In this document: positions 1-11,677 of the stretch, piece by piece
Position numbering within the stretch: the first letter of the stretch is position 1
Layout: each line of letters starts with the position of its first letter
Assembly (NCBI GenBank): GCA_051313645.2
Contig: JBNRSN020000009.1
Location: 44,888,001-44,952,000 of the forward strand
Origin: Centroscyllium fabricii
Taxonomy: Eukaryota
Direction: 5' to 3'
Length of the DNA stretch: 64,000 bases
The notes under the pieces: model-generated
The model's input: only the letters and a program-made list of their open reading frames with translations
Told to the model about the DNA's origin: nothing
Databases searched by the model: none
Position numbers and translations under genes: made by a program

Positions 1-3000
1 GTTGCCTCTGCCTCTCTTGCCAATCACTTTAAATCTCGTTATTGACCCTTCAGCCATTGGAAACAGTTTCTCTTTATTCACTCCATCTAAACCCTTCATG
101 ATTTTAAACACCTTTCAAATCTCCTCTTCGCCTTCTCTGCTCTAAGGAGAACAACCCCAGCTTCTCCAGTCTATCCACGTAACTGTAATCCCTCATCCCT
201 GGAACCATTCTAGTAAATCTCTTCTGTATCTTCTCCAAAGCTTTCACGTCCTTCCTAAAGTGCGGTGCCCAGAATTGGACACAGTACTCCAGCTGGGGCT
301 GAGCTAGTGTTTTATATAAGCTTAGCATAACCTCCTGGCTTTTGCACTCTGTATGGGCAGGATTTTCATTGGGCCATGGAGGCGTGCAGGGGGTTAATAT
401 CTTGAAATCGGGGGGGGGGGGGGGTCACGAACCCATCCCGCCCCTAACCCGCCTCCATGCCAGTTTCAAAGGAGGCGGATACCCGACCCGCACTGCGACC
501 CACCTCCCCGAGGCGGGAAAGGGATTAGTGCCAATTAACTGCTTGTTAACAGGCAGTTTTTAGCCTAATCCCTATTTTTATTGCTGAAGTGTGGGATTCC
601 CGACGGCTCCAAACCACGCCAAGGTAGCGAGGCGGGCCGTCGGGATGAAGGGCTTGGAGGGGTCGAGATGTCCGGTGTTCAGGTGAGTGATGGGCGCATG
701 AGTGCAGAGGTAAGTGTGTTTGGTGTGTGTAGAGTTTAAAGAAGTTTTACTTACATGTACAGCCTTCCTTCCTTCAGGTCTCGGGAGTCCCTCATCTCAC
801 CGGCACAGAAAGCAGAATGACCGCGAGCTGTCAAAAGTTCCAGCATTCAGCTTTCTGTTCCGGGGAGATCTCTAAATCAGCCTGAGAGGAAGGAATTAAC
901 CTAGAGTGCAGATCGTCAGTGTGTGACAGTTTCAAACAGCTATGAAACGCTGATATTTCATCTGTCAAAAGGTCTTGACAGATGAAATATCAATCTGTAA
1001 CGTCACCTGTTGCCGGGTGGCCCTTAATTGGCCCGCTGGGCGGGCTCAACAAGGTCAGTCAAGCCAGAATCGTGTGGGTTAGCTCGAACTCGATGGAGGC
1101 GGGACTACAACCCCGAAAGTTGTAGTCCCGCCTCCTACCCATCTGCTCAATGAAAATCCAGCCCTTAGCCTCTATTTATAATGCGCAGTATCCAATATGC
1201 TGTATTAACTGTGTTGTTAACCTTCAAAGATTTGTACACTAACACCCCCAGGTCTCTCTCTTCTTGCACCCCCTTTAAAATGTACCATTTAATATATATT
1301 GTCTCTCCTGATTCTTCCTAACAAAATGCATCAGCTCACACTTTTCTGTGTTGAATTTCATCTGCCATGCGTCTGCCCATTCTACCAGCTTGTCTATCCC
1401 CTCTTGAAGTCTATTACTATCTTCCTCAGTGCTTACTACACTTCCAAGTTTCGTGTCATCTGCAAATTTCCTAATTGTGCCCTGTACCTCCAAGTCCAAG
1501 TCATTAATGTATATCAAAAACAGCAGTGATCCTAGATTTGAACCTTGGGGAACGCCACTGTGCACCTCCCCCCAGTCCGAAAGTCAGCCATTCACCACAA
1601 CTCTGTGTGTAAATAGCAGTAAGCATTTCACTGTTTGAATTTTCTGTTCAATTCATGTGACAATAAATGTTTTACTTACTTACTTACTTTTACTTACTTA
1701 CTTCTATCCCTTTGCCAACTTTGTATCCATGCTGTTACTGCCCCTTTTATCCCATGGGCTTCAGTTTTGCTAACAAGCCTAATATGTGGCACTTTATCAA
1801 TGCCTTTAGAAGTCCAGAGACACAACATCAACCGCAGTGCTCTCATCCACCCTCTCTGTTACCTCATCAAAAAGCCCAATCAAGTGAGTCAAACACGATT
1901 TACCCTTAACAAATCCGTGCTGGCTTCCCTTTATTCGTCCATGCTTGTCCAAGTGGCTGTTAATTTTCTCCCAGATTATTGTTTCTAAAAGCTTTCCCAC
2001 CACCAACGTTAAACGGACTGGCCTGGAATTGCCAGGTTTATCCTTTGCCCCTTTTTTGAACAAGGGTGTAACATTTACAATCCTCCAGTCCTCTGGCCCC
2101 TCTGAGGAGGATTGGAAGGTTGTGGCCAGCACCTCCGCAATTTCTACCTTTACTTCCCAGAGCAACCTAGGATGCATCCCATCCGGACCGGGTGACTTAT
2201 CCATGTTAAATACTGCCAGCCTTTCTAGTATCTTCTTTCTCTATTTTTATTTCATCCAGTATCCCAGCAACAACCTCCTTTACTGTAACTTTGGCAAAGT
2301 CCTCTTCCTTGGTAAACACCGGTGCAAAGTACTCATTTAGTACCTCAGCCATGCTTTCTGCCTCCACCAATAGTTCTCCATTTTGGCCTCTAATCGGCCC
2401 CACCGTCCCTCTGACAACTCTTTTACTGTTAATATGCCAATGGAAGACCTTTGGATTCCCTTTTATGTTGGCCGCCAATCTATTCTCGTACTGTCCCTTT
2501 GTCCCTCTTATTTCCTTTTTCACCTCTCCTCTGTACAGGAAACAGACTGATCAAGAAAGTTCTCCTGAACACCCTTCAGAAATTCCTCCCCTTTTCTGCC
2601 GCTAACACATTCACTGCCCCATTCAATATTGGGGTAGCTAAAGTCTCCCATTATCACGACTCTATAGTTCTTGCACCTCTCAGTAATTTCTTTGCAAGCC
2701 TGCTCCTCCACCTCCTTCCCACTATTTGGTGGCCAATAAAATACACCAAGTAGCGTAATCGCTCCTTTATTGTTTCTCAACTCCAACCAAATAGATTCTG
2801 TCTTTGACCCCTCAAGAACATTCTCTTTCGGGCTCTGTAATATTTTCCTTAATCAAAAATGCTACCCCTCTTTTTCCCTTCCAAATCTTTCGTGAATACC
2901 CTGTACCCAGGAATATTAAGCATCATATCCTCCCCTTATTTCAGACAGGTCTCCGTTATCGCTGCTGCATCATATTCCCATTTCCGCCTGCTGCTCACCA

Positions 3001-3180
3001 TCCTTATTCACCACACTTCATGCATTTATACACTTGCACTCCAAACCTAACTTAGACCTCTTTGTATTTTCTATGAGATCATCTACTTCTGTATTATTTC
3101 TAAATCTAACTGTTTCTCCCAGTCCTCTGTGCACCTTGTTTCTTCTTTTTGATGCGACATCTTGGTGCCCAATTCCCTGC
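1..3180 (-). mobile_element. Decayed CR1-type LINE (ORF2 APE endonuclease + RT), split by a MITE at 355-1164
   Basis: Collinear minus-strand ORF pieces: VVIMGDFSYPNIEW (APE), KSPGPDGMHPRLL, GVPQGSNLGSLLFLIYINDL/FADDTKLG (RT), PQLEYCVQFWAP (C-terminus); stops and frameshifts between pieces. Confidence 0.92.
355..1164. mobile_element. Non-autonomous PIF/Harbinger-like MITE
   Basis: TIRs gggcaggattttcattg / caatgaaaatccagccc; interrupts the CR1; internal hairpins at about 951-992 and 1096-1136. Confidence 0.75.
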
Positions 3181-3605
3181 TGAATAGTCTGTTGAGTGGA
3201 TTACTTACCCATAGTGTTCATTACTAACCCTTGCTGTTGTACAGTATCTGCTAGAAACGGCATACCGAATCTGCTGAATACAACAAAGGTTCTCTTAGAT
3301 TCAATGCTGTCATCTCTGACACAACACTTTATGTTGTCTGATATGGCCCTGTCTTATGTACTGCAGCCTTTAGTCCAGTGCGTTTATGTACTGTGATCCC
3401 TGGTACAGTGCTGTTAAGTTCATTTATATATAGTTGAAATTATAGAAGCACACACAGGGTGTTATTGTACACAGCCCATCACCAGATCATCATATTATTG
3501 AGCTTTATTCGCTATAAAGTGTAGAACAGGTCTTGTACTTACGGCATGGAGCAGCTTGATAGTAATATCTGGAAACTTTAACTACAGTCTGTATTTTAAT
3601 TTCAG

Positions 3606-3655
3606 GTGATTTTTTTCGTAGCCTCTGGGGTCCTTTTGCTGGCTGGGCACATTCT
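3606..3655 (+). CDS. OGG1: 8-oxoguanine DNA glycosylase, penultimate coding exon
   Basis: ttttaatttcag|GT GAT TTT...CAT TCT|gtgagt; 50-nt exon encoding (G)DFFRSLWGPFAGWAHS, like human GNFFRSLWGPYAGWAQA. Confidence 0.9.
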
Positions 3656-3689
3656 GTGAGTAATAAAAATATACAATTCACAAAGGACT

Positions 3690-4912
3690 ATATGAATCAC
3701 AATGATCAAAAAAACTGAAGGAGGATGTAAGAATTCTAGGTTTTATCACAAGAGATACGGGGCTAGAAATTGGTCAGCCCACGTTTTGTGGCGCTGGCCT
3801 CGGTGCAGCGCTGTTTTTAGCGCCTGGCGATTGGTAGCGCCGTCAGGGCTAAAATTGGCCTGCAGCGCCCATAATAGGAGGGCGGGTGCTAAAACGGGAG
3901 CCCGCCCTCGCTCTTAGAGCGATGCGGCCGAAGATCGGGGCGCGGGTGGGTCGCTGCGCCAAGGAGCGCATAGCGGCGGCCCACGTTACTGCAGGCCTTC
4001 CTCCCCGATTAAAGGGGAGGGGCCTAGTGCGGCTGCGGCTGGAGCCCCACGGGGCCGCCGTGGGACGCCATTCATCAGAGGTAAGAGGCCTGACACCGCG
4101 GGGGGAGGCAGAGGGGTAAGGTGCTGGCAGTCAACCAGCAACAAAGATAGCCGACCGGCACCCTCCCCTTTAAGCAGCGCTCTCCCGCTGTTGTAACGGC
4201 CCGAAAAAGCTGGTGCGGGCAGTGCCCGCCGAAAACTCAGCGGGCACTGCCCAATTTCAGTCACTGGCGCTGTGCGATGGGATGACGTCATTCCCGTCGG
4301 CCAGCTGGGTGCAAAATTCAGTCGGGCGTTACCGGTTACCGCCTACCTTAGCAACCCACTGAATTTCGCGCTGGCGCTAATTGTGTAGCGCCCCATTAGC
4401 GCTGGCACTAATGGGCAGGCGCAGGGTGGCCAATTGCTAGCCCATAGATTATAATGCCAAGAGGTAATGAGGAGCCGATATAAAACCATAATAAGACCTC
4501 CATTAGAGTACTGTATGCAGTATTGGGCGCGACACTAAAAAAAGGATATTGAGGCTTTAGTGAGGATATAACGTAGATTCACTCGGATATTGGCTCCATG
4601 AAGAAATACAAATCCGAAGAAAGACTTGAGAGGTTGAGGCTTCTTTTGAACAATGCAGATTATAGGGTGATATGATAGAAGTGTTTAAAATTATGGAAGG
4701 ATGGGATAGAATAGATAAAGGGTTGTGAACCTTTGGAATTCTCTACCCCAGAGAGCTGTGGACGCTCAGTCGTTGAGTAAATACAAGACAGAGGTCGATA
4801 CATTTTTGGGAATTAAGGGATTTGGGGATAGTGCGGGAATGTGGAGTTGAGGTGGAAGATCAGCCATGGTCTTGTTGAATGACGGAGCAGCCTTGAGGCG
4901 CCAAATGGCCTA
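3690..4912 (+). mobile_element. Old CR1 3' fragment split by a MITE
   Basis: agacctccattagagtactgtatgcagtattggg and a CR1-type 3' UTR. Confidence 0.7.
3760..4443. mobile_element. Harbinger-like MITE
   Basis: TIRs gggctagaaattgg / ccaattgctagccc; GC-rich interior related to 29351-29851. Confidence 0.75.
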
Positions 4913-4914
4913 CT

Positions 4915-5780
4915 GTTGGGTGATTGAGCAGAAGCATGGTAGATGCAGTATAATGTGGATAAATGCGAAGTTATCTACTTTGGTGCAGAAACAGGAAGGC
5001 AGATTATTATCTGAATGGCAATAGATTGTGAGAAGGGGAAGTGCAACGAGACCTGGGTGTCCTTGTGCACCTGTCGCTAAAGGTAAGCATGCAGGTGCAG
5101 CAGGCAGTTAAAAAGGCAAATGGTATGTTGGCCTTCATAGCGAGAGGATTCGAGTACAGGAGCAAGGATGTCTTGCTGCAGTTGTACAGGGTCTTGGTGA
5201 GACCATATCTTGAGTATTGTGTTCAGTTTTGGTCGCCTTATCGGAAGGAGGATGTTCTTACCATGGAAGGAGTACAGCAAAGATTCACCAGACTGATACC
5301 TGGGGTGGCAGGACTAACGTATGAGGAGAGATTGGGTCGATTGGGCTTATACTCGCTGGAGTTTAGAAGAATGAGAGGGGATCTCATTGAAACTTATAAC
5401 ATTCTAACAGGACTGGACAGACTGGATGCAGGAAGGATGTTCCCGATGGCCGGGGAGTCCAGAACCAGGGTCATAGTCTAAGGAGAAGGGGTAAGCCATT
5501 TAGGACTGAGATGAGGAGGAATTTCTTCACCCAGAGAGTGGTGAACCTGTGGAATTCTCTACCACAGAAGGCAGTGGAGGCCAATTCATCAAATATATTC
5601 AAGAAGGAGTTGGATATATTTCTTAAGGCTAAAGGGATCAAGGGATATGGGGAGAAAGCAGGGACAGGGTACTGAATTTGGATGATCAGCCATGATCTCA
5701 TTGAATGGCGGAGCAGGCTCGAGGGGCCGAATGGCCTGCTCCTGCTCCTGTCTTCTCCTGCTCCTGTCTTCTATGTTTCT
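4915..5780 (+). mobile_element. CR1 LINE, 5'-truncated, younger family
   Basis: ORF QRDLGVLVH...RPYLEYCVQFWSP...RMRGDL; 3' tail ctcctgtcttctatgtttct. Confidence 0.92.
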
Positions 5781-6009
5781 GTGTATCCAGATCTTTTTTG
5801 TTCTGTTCTTATAAGAGCAGACTGTTTCTAGTAATTGGGAGGTGTAGAACAAGGGGTCCTGAATACAAGATTTAAATGTAAGACTTTTAGAACAGAGAAA
5901 AATAATTTGATTTACACGGAGTTGAATTCACTTACAGGGTTAAGTGGTTGAGACAGAATCTGTTAACATTCAAGATTAGATTGGATAGGTGGATAAAGGA
6001 AAAGGGATA

Positions 6010-6598
6010 TCATAGAATCATAGAAATTTGCAGCCCAGAAGGAGGCCATTTGGTCTATCGTGTCTGTGCTAGCTAAAAAAGACCTTTCCAGCCTAATCCC
6101 ACTTTCCAACTCTTGGTCCGTAGCCCTGTCGGTTACGGCACCTCAGGAGCATATCCAAGGACTTTTTAAATGTGATGAGGGTTTCTGTCTCTACCACCCT
6201 TTCAGGAAGTGAGTTCCAGACCCCCCACCACCCTCTGGGTGAAAAAAGTCCTCCTCAACTCCCCTCTCATAATTCTATGAAGTACTTTAAATCTATGCCC
6301 CCTGGTTATTGACTTTTCTGCTAAGGGAAACAGGTCCTTTCTATGCACTCTATCTCGGCCCCGAATAATTTTATATACCTCAATCAAGTCTCCCCTCAGC
6401 CTCCTCTGTTTTAAAGAAAACCACCCCAGCCTATCCAATCTTTCCACATAGCTAAAATTCTCCAGTCCAGGCAACATCCTCGTAAATCTCCTCTGCGCCC
6501 CCTCTAGTGCAATCACATCCTTCCTGTAATGTGGTGACCAGAACTGCACGCAGTATTCTAGCTGTGGCCTAACTAGTGTTTTATACAGTTCAAGCATA
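6010..6598 (-). mobile_element. CR1 LINE 3' fragment
   Basis: ORF 6202-6597 LYKTLVRPQLEYCVQFWSPHYRKD; (catagaat)n tail. Confidence 0.9.
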
Positions 6599-6777
6599 TC
6601 GGGAAAGGATGGTTAAATATGATTTGGGCTATTTTTTTTTTTGAGTGGTGGGTAAACGCCAACCCGAATTGTTTGAGCTGAATGACCTGTTTCCATGTTG
6701 TAATTTCTGTGTAATCTGTGTACTGTGATTGATGAGATAGAATACCAGGGAAAGATAATGCAAGAGAGAGTTGATGA

Positions 6778-7802
6778 GGGAAAAATTCAGCTGTTTTGCA
6801 CCTCCCGTTAGAGCCCTAAGAGGGCGCTAATGGGGCGCAAAGCAACAAGCGCCCGGGCGCGGCGATGTTTGCACCGCTCGCGAAATTGACCAGAAATTTT
6901 GCGGCGGCGCTAAACACTACCGCCACGATCTCCTGCACCCGCAGATCATGATGTCAGTCGAGCGTGCAGTGCCCCGGGCTGGATATTGAGTGGCGCTCCC
7001 CTGCCTGTTCGCCTGCCGCTAGCAACGACAGGTAGAGGGGAACATTTTGCAGTCGTGAAGGGACAGGGGGAGCACTATTTAAAGGCGGCCGCTTCCTGAC
7101 TTTTTGTCTGCGACATTTTTGCATCACGCATTCTGAGAGGGAGAGAGACTTCTGGAGAGATTCCACGCTGTGTGAAGGAGTTTTGGGTGCTGAGCAGCAC
7201 CAAGCAGGTTCAGGTTGATTTGACCTTCCTTGCACCGATTTAGAAGAGAATGTGGGGGCTGCACTCTCAGCTCTTTCCCTGGGCCTCTCCATTGTTCTTT
7301 CCAGCAGATTTGATGTACAGGTCTCTCCAGGCCGAGATTCAAGGCTGCAGTGAGCAGGGTCTGGATGGAGAGCAAGATCGACCCTGCCCTTTAAGAACTG
7401 GCCGGTGCCAGTGTGTCTGTGCTCCATTGCTGACTGACATTCAGTTCAATTCAATTCAATTCAAGTTTTATTGTCATTGCAGAGTACTAGTACAATACAA
7501 CGAGACGAAGACTCGCCGCTCCCGAGAGTAGTGCAAATAAATTACATGCAAATTGCATACAGTAAAGTACATTTTCAGTACATTTACATCGCATGAGTTT
7601 CACCAGCGCTCTGAGGTAGCGCCTTGCTCCTTGGTGTTAGCGCCTTAAGAGAGGTGTGTAGCGCCTGATTTAGTGCTCCAATCACCTCCAGAGGCGATAG
7701 AAGCCAAGTTTGCAGTCGGAGGCAATGATTAGCGCCAGGCGCTAAACTTTGCACCCAGTCGATAATTGCGCCCCAAACGAGTTGAAACCAAATTTCTCTC
7801 CC
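6778..7802. mobile_element. Harbinger-like MITE containing a short Rex1 3' end
   Basis: Imperfect ggg..aaatt / aattt..ccc ends; GC-rich arms resemble the other MITEs. Confidence 0.5.
7446..7573 (-). mobile_element. Rex1/Babar LINE 3' end
   Basis: Near-identical reverse complement of 39840-39967, including the (ttgaa)n tail. Confidence 0.85.
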
Positions 7803-7814
7803 ATAGACTATAAT

Positions 7815-8610
7815 GGGCCAGAATTTCGGGTTTGCCGGTTGTTGGGCAACTAGGACCATGCGGAGCCCTTAAGAACCGCACCAACATCGGACTTTTTTTA
7901 CTCTCTGCATTTCGGCTCGGCTCCGCCCCCTTCCTGCGCAACGTGGCAGTCCAGCCACGCTAGGAGCGCAGTGTATGCCCCGCCCACAGATCCCCAATTT
8001 AAATTTAAAAATGCGCACAGATCCCGAGTCGGACCTTTGTGAGAGCAGGGACGTGAGGCGCTGCACTCACAGACTCGGCAGTGAGCAGCGTGGCCAGTCC
8101 AGCTTTTGACCAAAGGTAAGTCAGCGATTTTTTCTCTTAGTTTTTTAACTTCACTAAATTAGTTAAAAATTTCAGAACTCTAAATTTAAAAATTAGCGAT
8201 TTGGATTAGGTATAGCAATTCAAAATCGGATTTGTAATTTAAAAAAAAAAACTTTAACATCGAAATTTAATGATCCCGATCTGGCCACATTACTCCCCAA
8301 AACTGTTAAAACTTAAAATTAAAGGTAAAAAAGTAACTTACCTTGTTTAAGAACGTTTTTCTCTCCCTCACGCACGGGTTACCGCAGCTTTTCTGAAGTG
8401 CATCTCAAGGCTCCGTTGCCCACGGAATCACGCAGCAAATTGACCCTTTTGCACTGGAAATCTTGGGTGCAACTCACTCCTGCGTTTGATGCTGAGGGCC
8501 CTTCTCCCTCAGCATCGGAAATCTCGGATCCGTGGGCATCTCCCGTGCGTTCATCGCATGGGGCATTTCGTCCGTGGGCATCTGGTTTGAGGCACCCGAA
8601 ATTCTGGCCC
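7815..8610. mobile_element. PIF/Harbinger MITE
   Basis: Perfect 16-bp TIR gggccagaatttcggg / cccgaaattctggccc; 3-bp TSD AAT. Confidence 0.88.
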
Positions 8611-8902
8611 AATGTAACTGATGGGTTAAGAGATAATACTGGATATTGGGAGAGCTATAAATGTGTTTAGTAAGAAAGAATCTGTGTCTGGGGTGAATCG
8701 GCTGTGTAATCTGTGATAACTCGCATGCATACTTGGTTGATACGTTGGCGCAAGTCTAAAGGGTAGCAATTATAAGAATTAGACAGTATCCTGGCAGCAA
8801 ACTAAGTATGGCTTAGTGAGTCAATATTGACAGCTTCCTGCCACTATCATGTATTCTCTTTCCACCTCTCAATAGCTAATCATTTGTACTCTTTTATTCC
8901 AG

Positions 8903-8992
8903 GTTCTGTTTTCTGCAGATTTGAAGAAATTTCAGGTATACAAGTCCAAGCAAGAGCTAAACACAACAGAAAAACCAGGAGCTGACAGCTAA
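8903..8992 (+). CDS. OGG1: 8-oxoguanine DNA glycosylase, last coding exon
   Basis: cttttattccag|GTT CTG TTT TCT GCA GAT TTG: VLFSADLKKFQVYKSKQELNTTEKPGADS*, phase-compatible with the previous exon; human VLFSADLRQ. Confidence 0.88.
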   Translation, partial: VLFSADLKKFQVYKSKQELNTTEKPGADS

Positions 8993-9054
8993 ACTTCTAT
9001 TAGTCCTATATAAAATAGAGAATAATGTCATTGCTGTTTTACACTCCTCCACGA

Positions 9055-9285
9055 TATAGCTCTTGTGACCCTGGTCCCGTTTCACCTGTTCAAACTTGCA
9101 GTCCAGCACTGTCTCGGGCCCAGTTTTTTCCTGCGCTTGAACATAAACCTGTCTCTTTCCTCTCATCAACCAGCCTTTTCTGTGCAAATACTTTTCAGAA
9201 TTATCGAAGCCTGAGCCCTTTGATCTTCCGCTATTTTCTGTCATGACCTTTACACTCAGGAATGCTCCATTGGAGAGCAACCTTA
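9055..9285 (-). pseudogene. Processed cytoplasmic poly(A)-binding protein (PABPC1/PABPC4-like) fragment, RRM3 and linker
   Basis: GAFLSVKVMTENSGRSKGSGF...QVYVQAQEK...KFEQVKRD resembles [21 protein letters not shown]...QIYVGRAQKK...KFEQMKQD; no introns; several deletions. Confidence 0.8.
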
Positions 9286-10719
9286 AGGCTATACCACTGT
9301 AATATGGCAAAAGTAAGCCTCTGCAAACACTATTTCGGACTGGGGTTATTCGGTTCAGGGCGCACCTTAACAGATAATGGCTTGGGTACTACTGTGGAAT
9401 GGGAGAATTTAGCAAAGTAACTTTGAAAGAAAACCTATTTCAAAGAAATTACAAGTGAACATCTAGCTACCTAGCGGCACTGTGGCATAATGGTTAGCAC
9501 TGTTGCCTCACAGAGCCAGGGGTCCGGGTTCAAATCCGGCCTCGGGTGACTATCTGTGTGGAGTTTGCACATTCTCCCCATGTCTGCATGGGTTTCCTCC
9601 GGGTGCTCCGGTTTCCTCCCACAGTCCAAAGATGTGCGGGCTAGGTTGATTGGCCATGATAAATTGACCCTTAAGCCCTCTTTTCACTGAGGCTACGAAT
9701 ATCCCGAATCGTCCCGAATCTGAAATTTGTCCGGTTCGTAGATAATTCTCAAACGTTTCCTGCAGTTCTTAAATGATTCTTAGTTGATTCTTAGTTGATT
9801 CGTACAGTTCGCGTGAGTTCGTCGGTCCGCCACGAATGTTTTTGCTTGTCAAAAACATTCGTGGGATGGTTCACGAATTTCAAATTCGTCAACGCTTCGT
9901 AAACACTTCGTGAACCTTTCTTATCGTCCGTAACGGCTTCGTAATCGCTTCTTCTGCATTCTGGCCTATTCGTGGGCATTCGTGATTCCCTCAAATTCGT
10001 GAACCCACGCCGAATACATCACGAAACAGGCACGAATGTCCAGAATCTATTACGAATCAAGTACGAATCGGTCAGGAATCAGGCAGGAGGCGCCAAACTG
10101 ATCAGGTCAGAGTTCACTGAGTGCTACAGTTCACAATTTTTAAAGATGAAGAGATGTCATGGGTGGACTGTCACTTTAAATGTCTAGGCTGCAGTTCATT
10201 ATTGGATCATCACCTATTGTAATGTAACACATCTGATTGGTCTAAATTCTAGATATAAGCCACCTGTTAGCCCTAGGACTTTGTCGGAGTGTTATTTCTA
10301 TGCTGCTGGTTTAAGAGTTCTGTTATTTCCTGTTACCTGTTATTTCTGGAGTTATATTTGTATTCGTTTCCAATCGTTTTGGATTCCTGGTTCCTGCCGT
10401 GTGAGATTACCTGGTACACCGATCAAGGAGTGTCCTTTCCTGAACTGTGATTATTGGAAGTACTGCAGCACCAGACTTTTGGGCCTTGCTTTTTCAACCA
10501 CCAAGGATTTGGGTTTGGACATTTGAACTCTGGCTTACCGGCTATCGGTATCTTGGACTACTGTTTCTTTATTGTGCATTGTGGATTATACTCTGTGTTT
10601 TGATATCTTTATATGCACTGTTGTTATAATTAGGATTAAAGCACCCATTTACTATAGACTGTTTCCGGTGTTCTGCTATTGGGTTCGAAACCGAACCATT
10701 ACAGAACACTCCGACCAAT

Positions 10720-11677
10720 CATGAACCCAGCGGACACACCGGGAAGTCTGGCGCGCATGGAGGAGGTCCTGACACTTCAGGGTCAGGCTTTTGGGGATTT
10801 GTTCTCTAAAATAGAACGGCTAACCTCTGACATGAGGGCGTTCGCTGTAGCAAACCCAGCAGGGACTTCTTCCACACCGGAACCTGTTTCAACAGCTGAA
10901 TCAGTTTCCCTGCCTCTACTTCAGAGCTTCACACCCGAGCCCCGGGTTGGAGTACCAGAGCGTTATGCTGGTGAACCAGAACAGTGCGACCCCTTCATTA
11001 CGAACTGTTCTATTTTGTTTTCCCTACAACCGCGCACCTTTGCCAGCGAGAAGGCAAGAGTAGCATTTATGATCAACCATCTCTCGGGGAGAGCTAGACT
11101 CTGGGGTACTGCCGAGTGGGAGAGAGATACTCCGGCATGCAGTTCTTTCAGAACCTTTTCTGAGGAGTTGAGAAGAGTTTTTGGCAGGGTAGCCTTTGAG
11201 GTGGAGACGGCTGAGGGCCTTATGAGTATGAACCAGGGAAATCAGACGGTTGTGGACTATGCCATTGATTTTCGGATCAAGGCTCGTCGGAGCAATTGGA
11301 ACATGGCTGCCAAATGTGAGGTTTTCCTGCATGGATTGGCGGGATACGTCAAGGATGAATTAGTATCACATAATCTCCCTTCTACTTTGGATGAGATCAT
11401 CAGTCTGGTTACTAGGATCGATCTAAGGATCCAGGCACGACAGCGTGAGAGAGGATTGGGAGAGATGGGTCATCATCCTGGTAAACGGGTTCAGGAGAGA
11501 TTCGTGGCGCCCAGAGATTCGGCCACGTCAGGGATTCCCGAACCCATGCAGTTAGGCCGCACAGGCATTTCGCCATTAGAGCACAGTCGGCGCCGCAGGA
11601 GGGGTTTATGCCTATACTGTGGTCAGGCCGGCCATTTTGTCGTAGGATGCCCGGTAAAAGACCAGACTCACCAGTAG
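10720..11677 (+). CDS. Chromovirus Gag
   Basis: [32 protein letters not shown] zinc knuckle. Confidence 0.93.

Noticed and set aside
9474-9545. tRNA genes at SINE heads
   Set aside because: A and B boxes belong to SINEs; no complete cloverleaf
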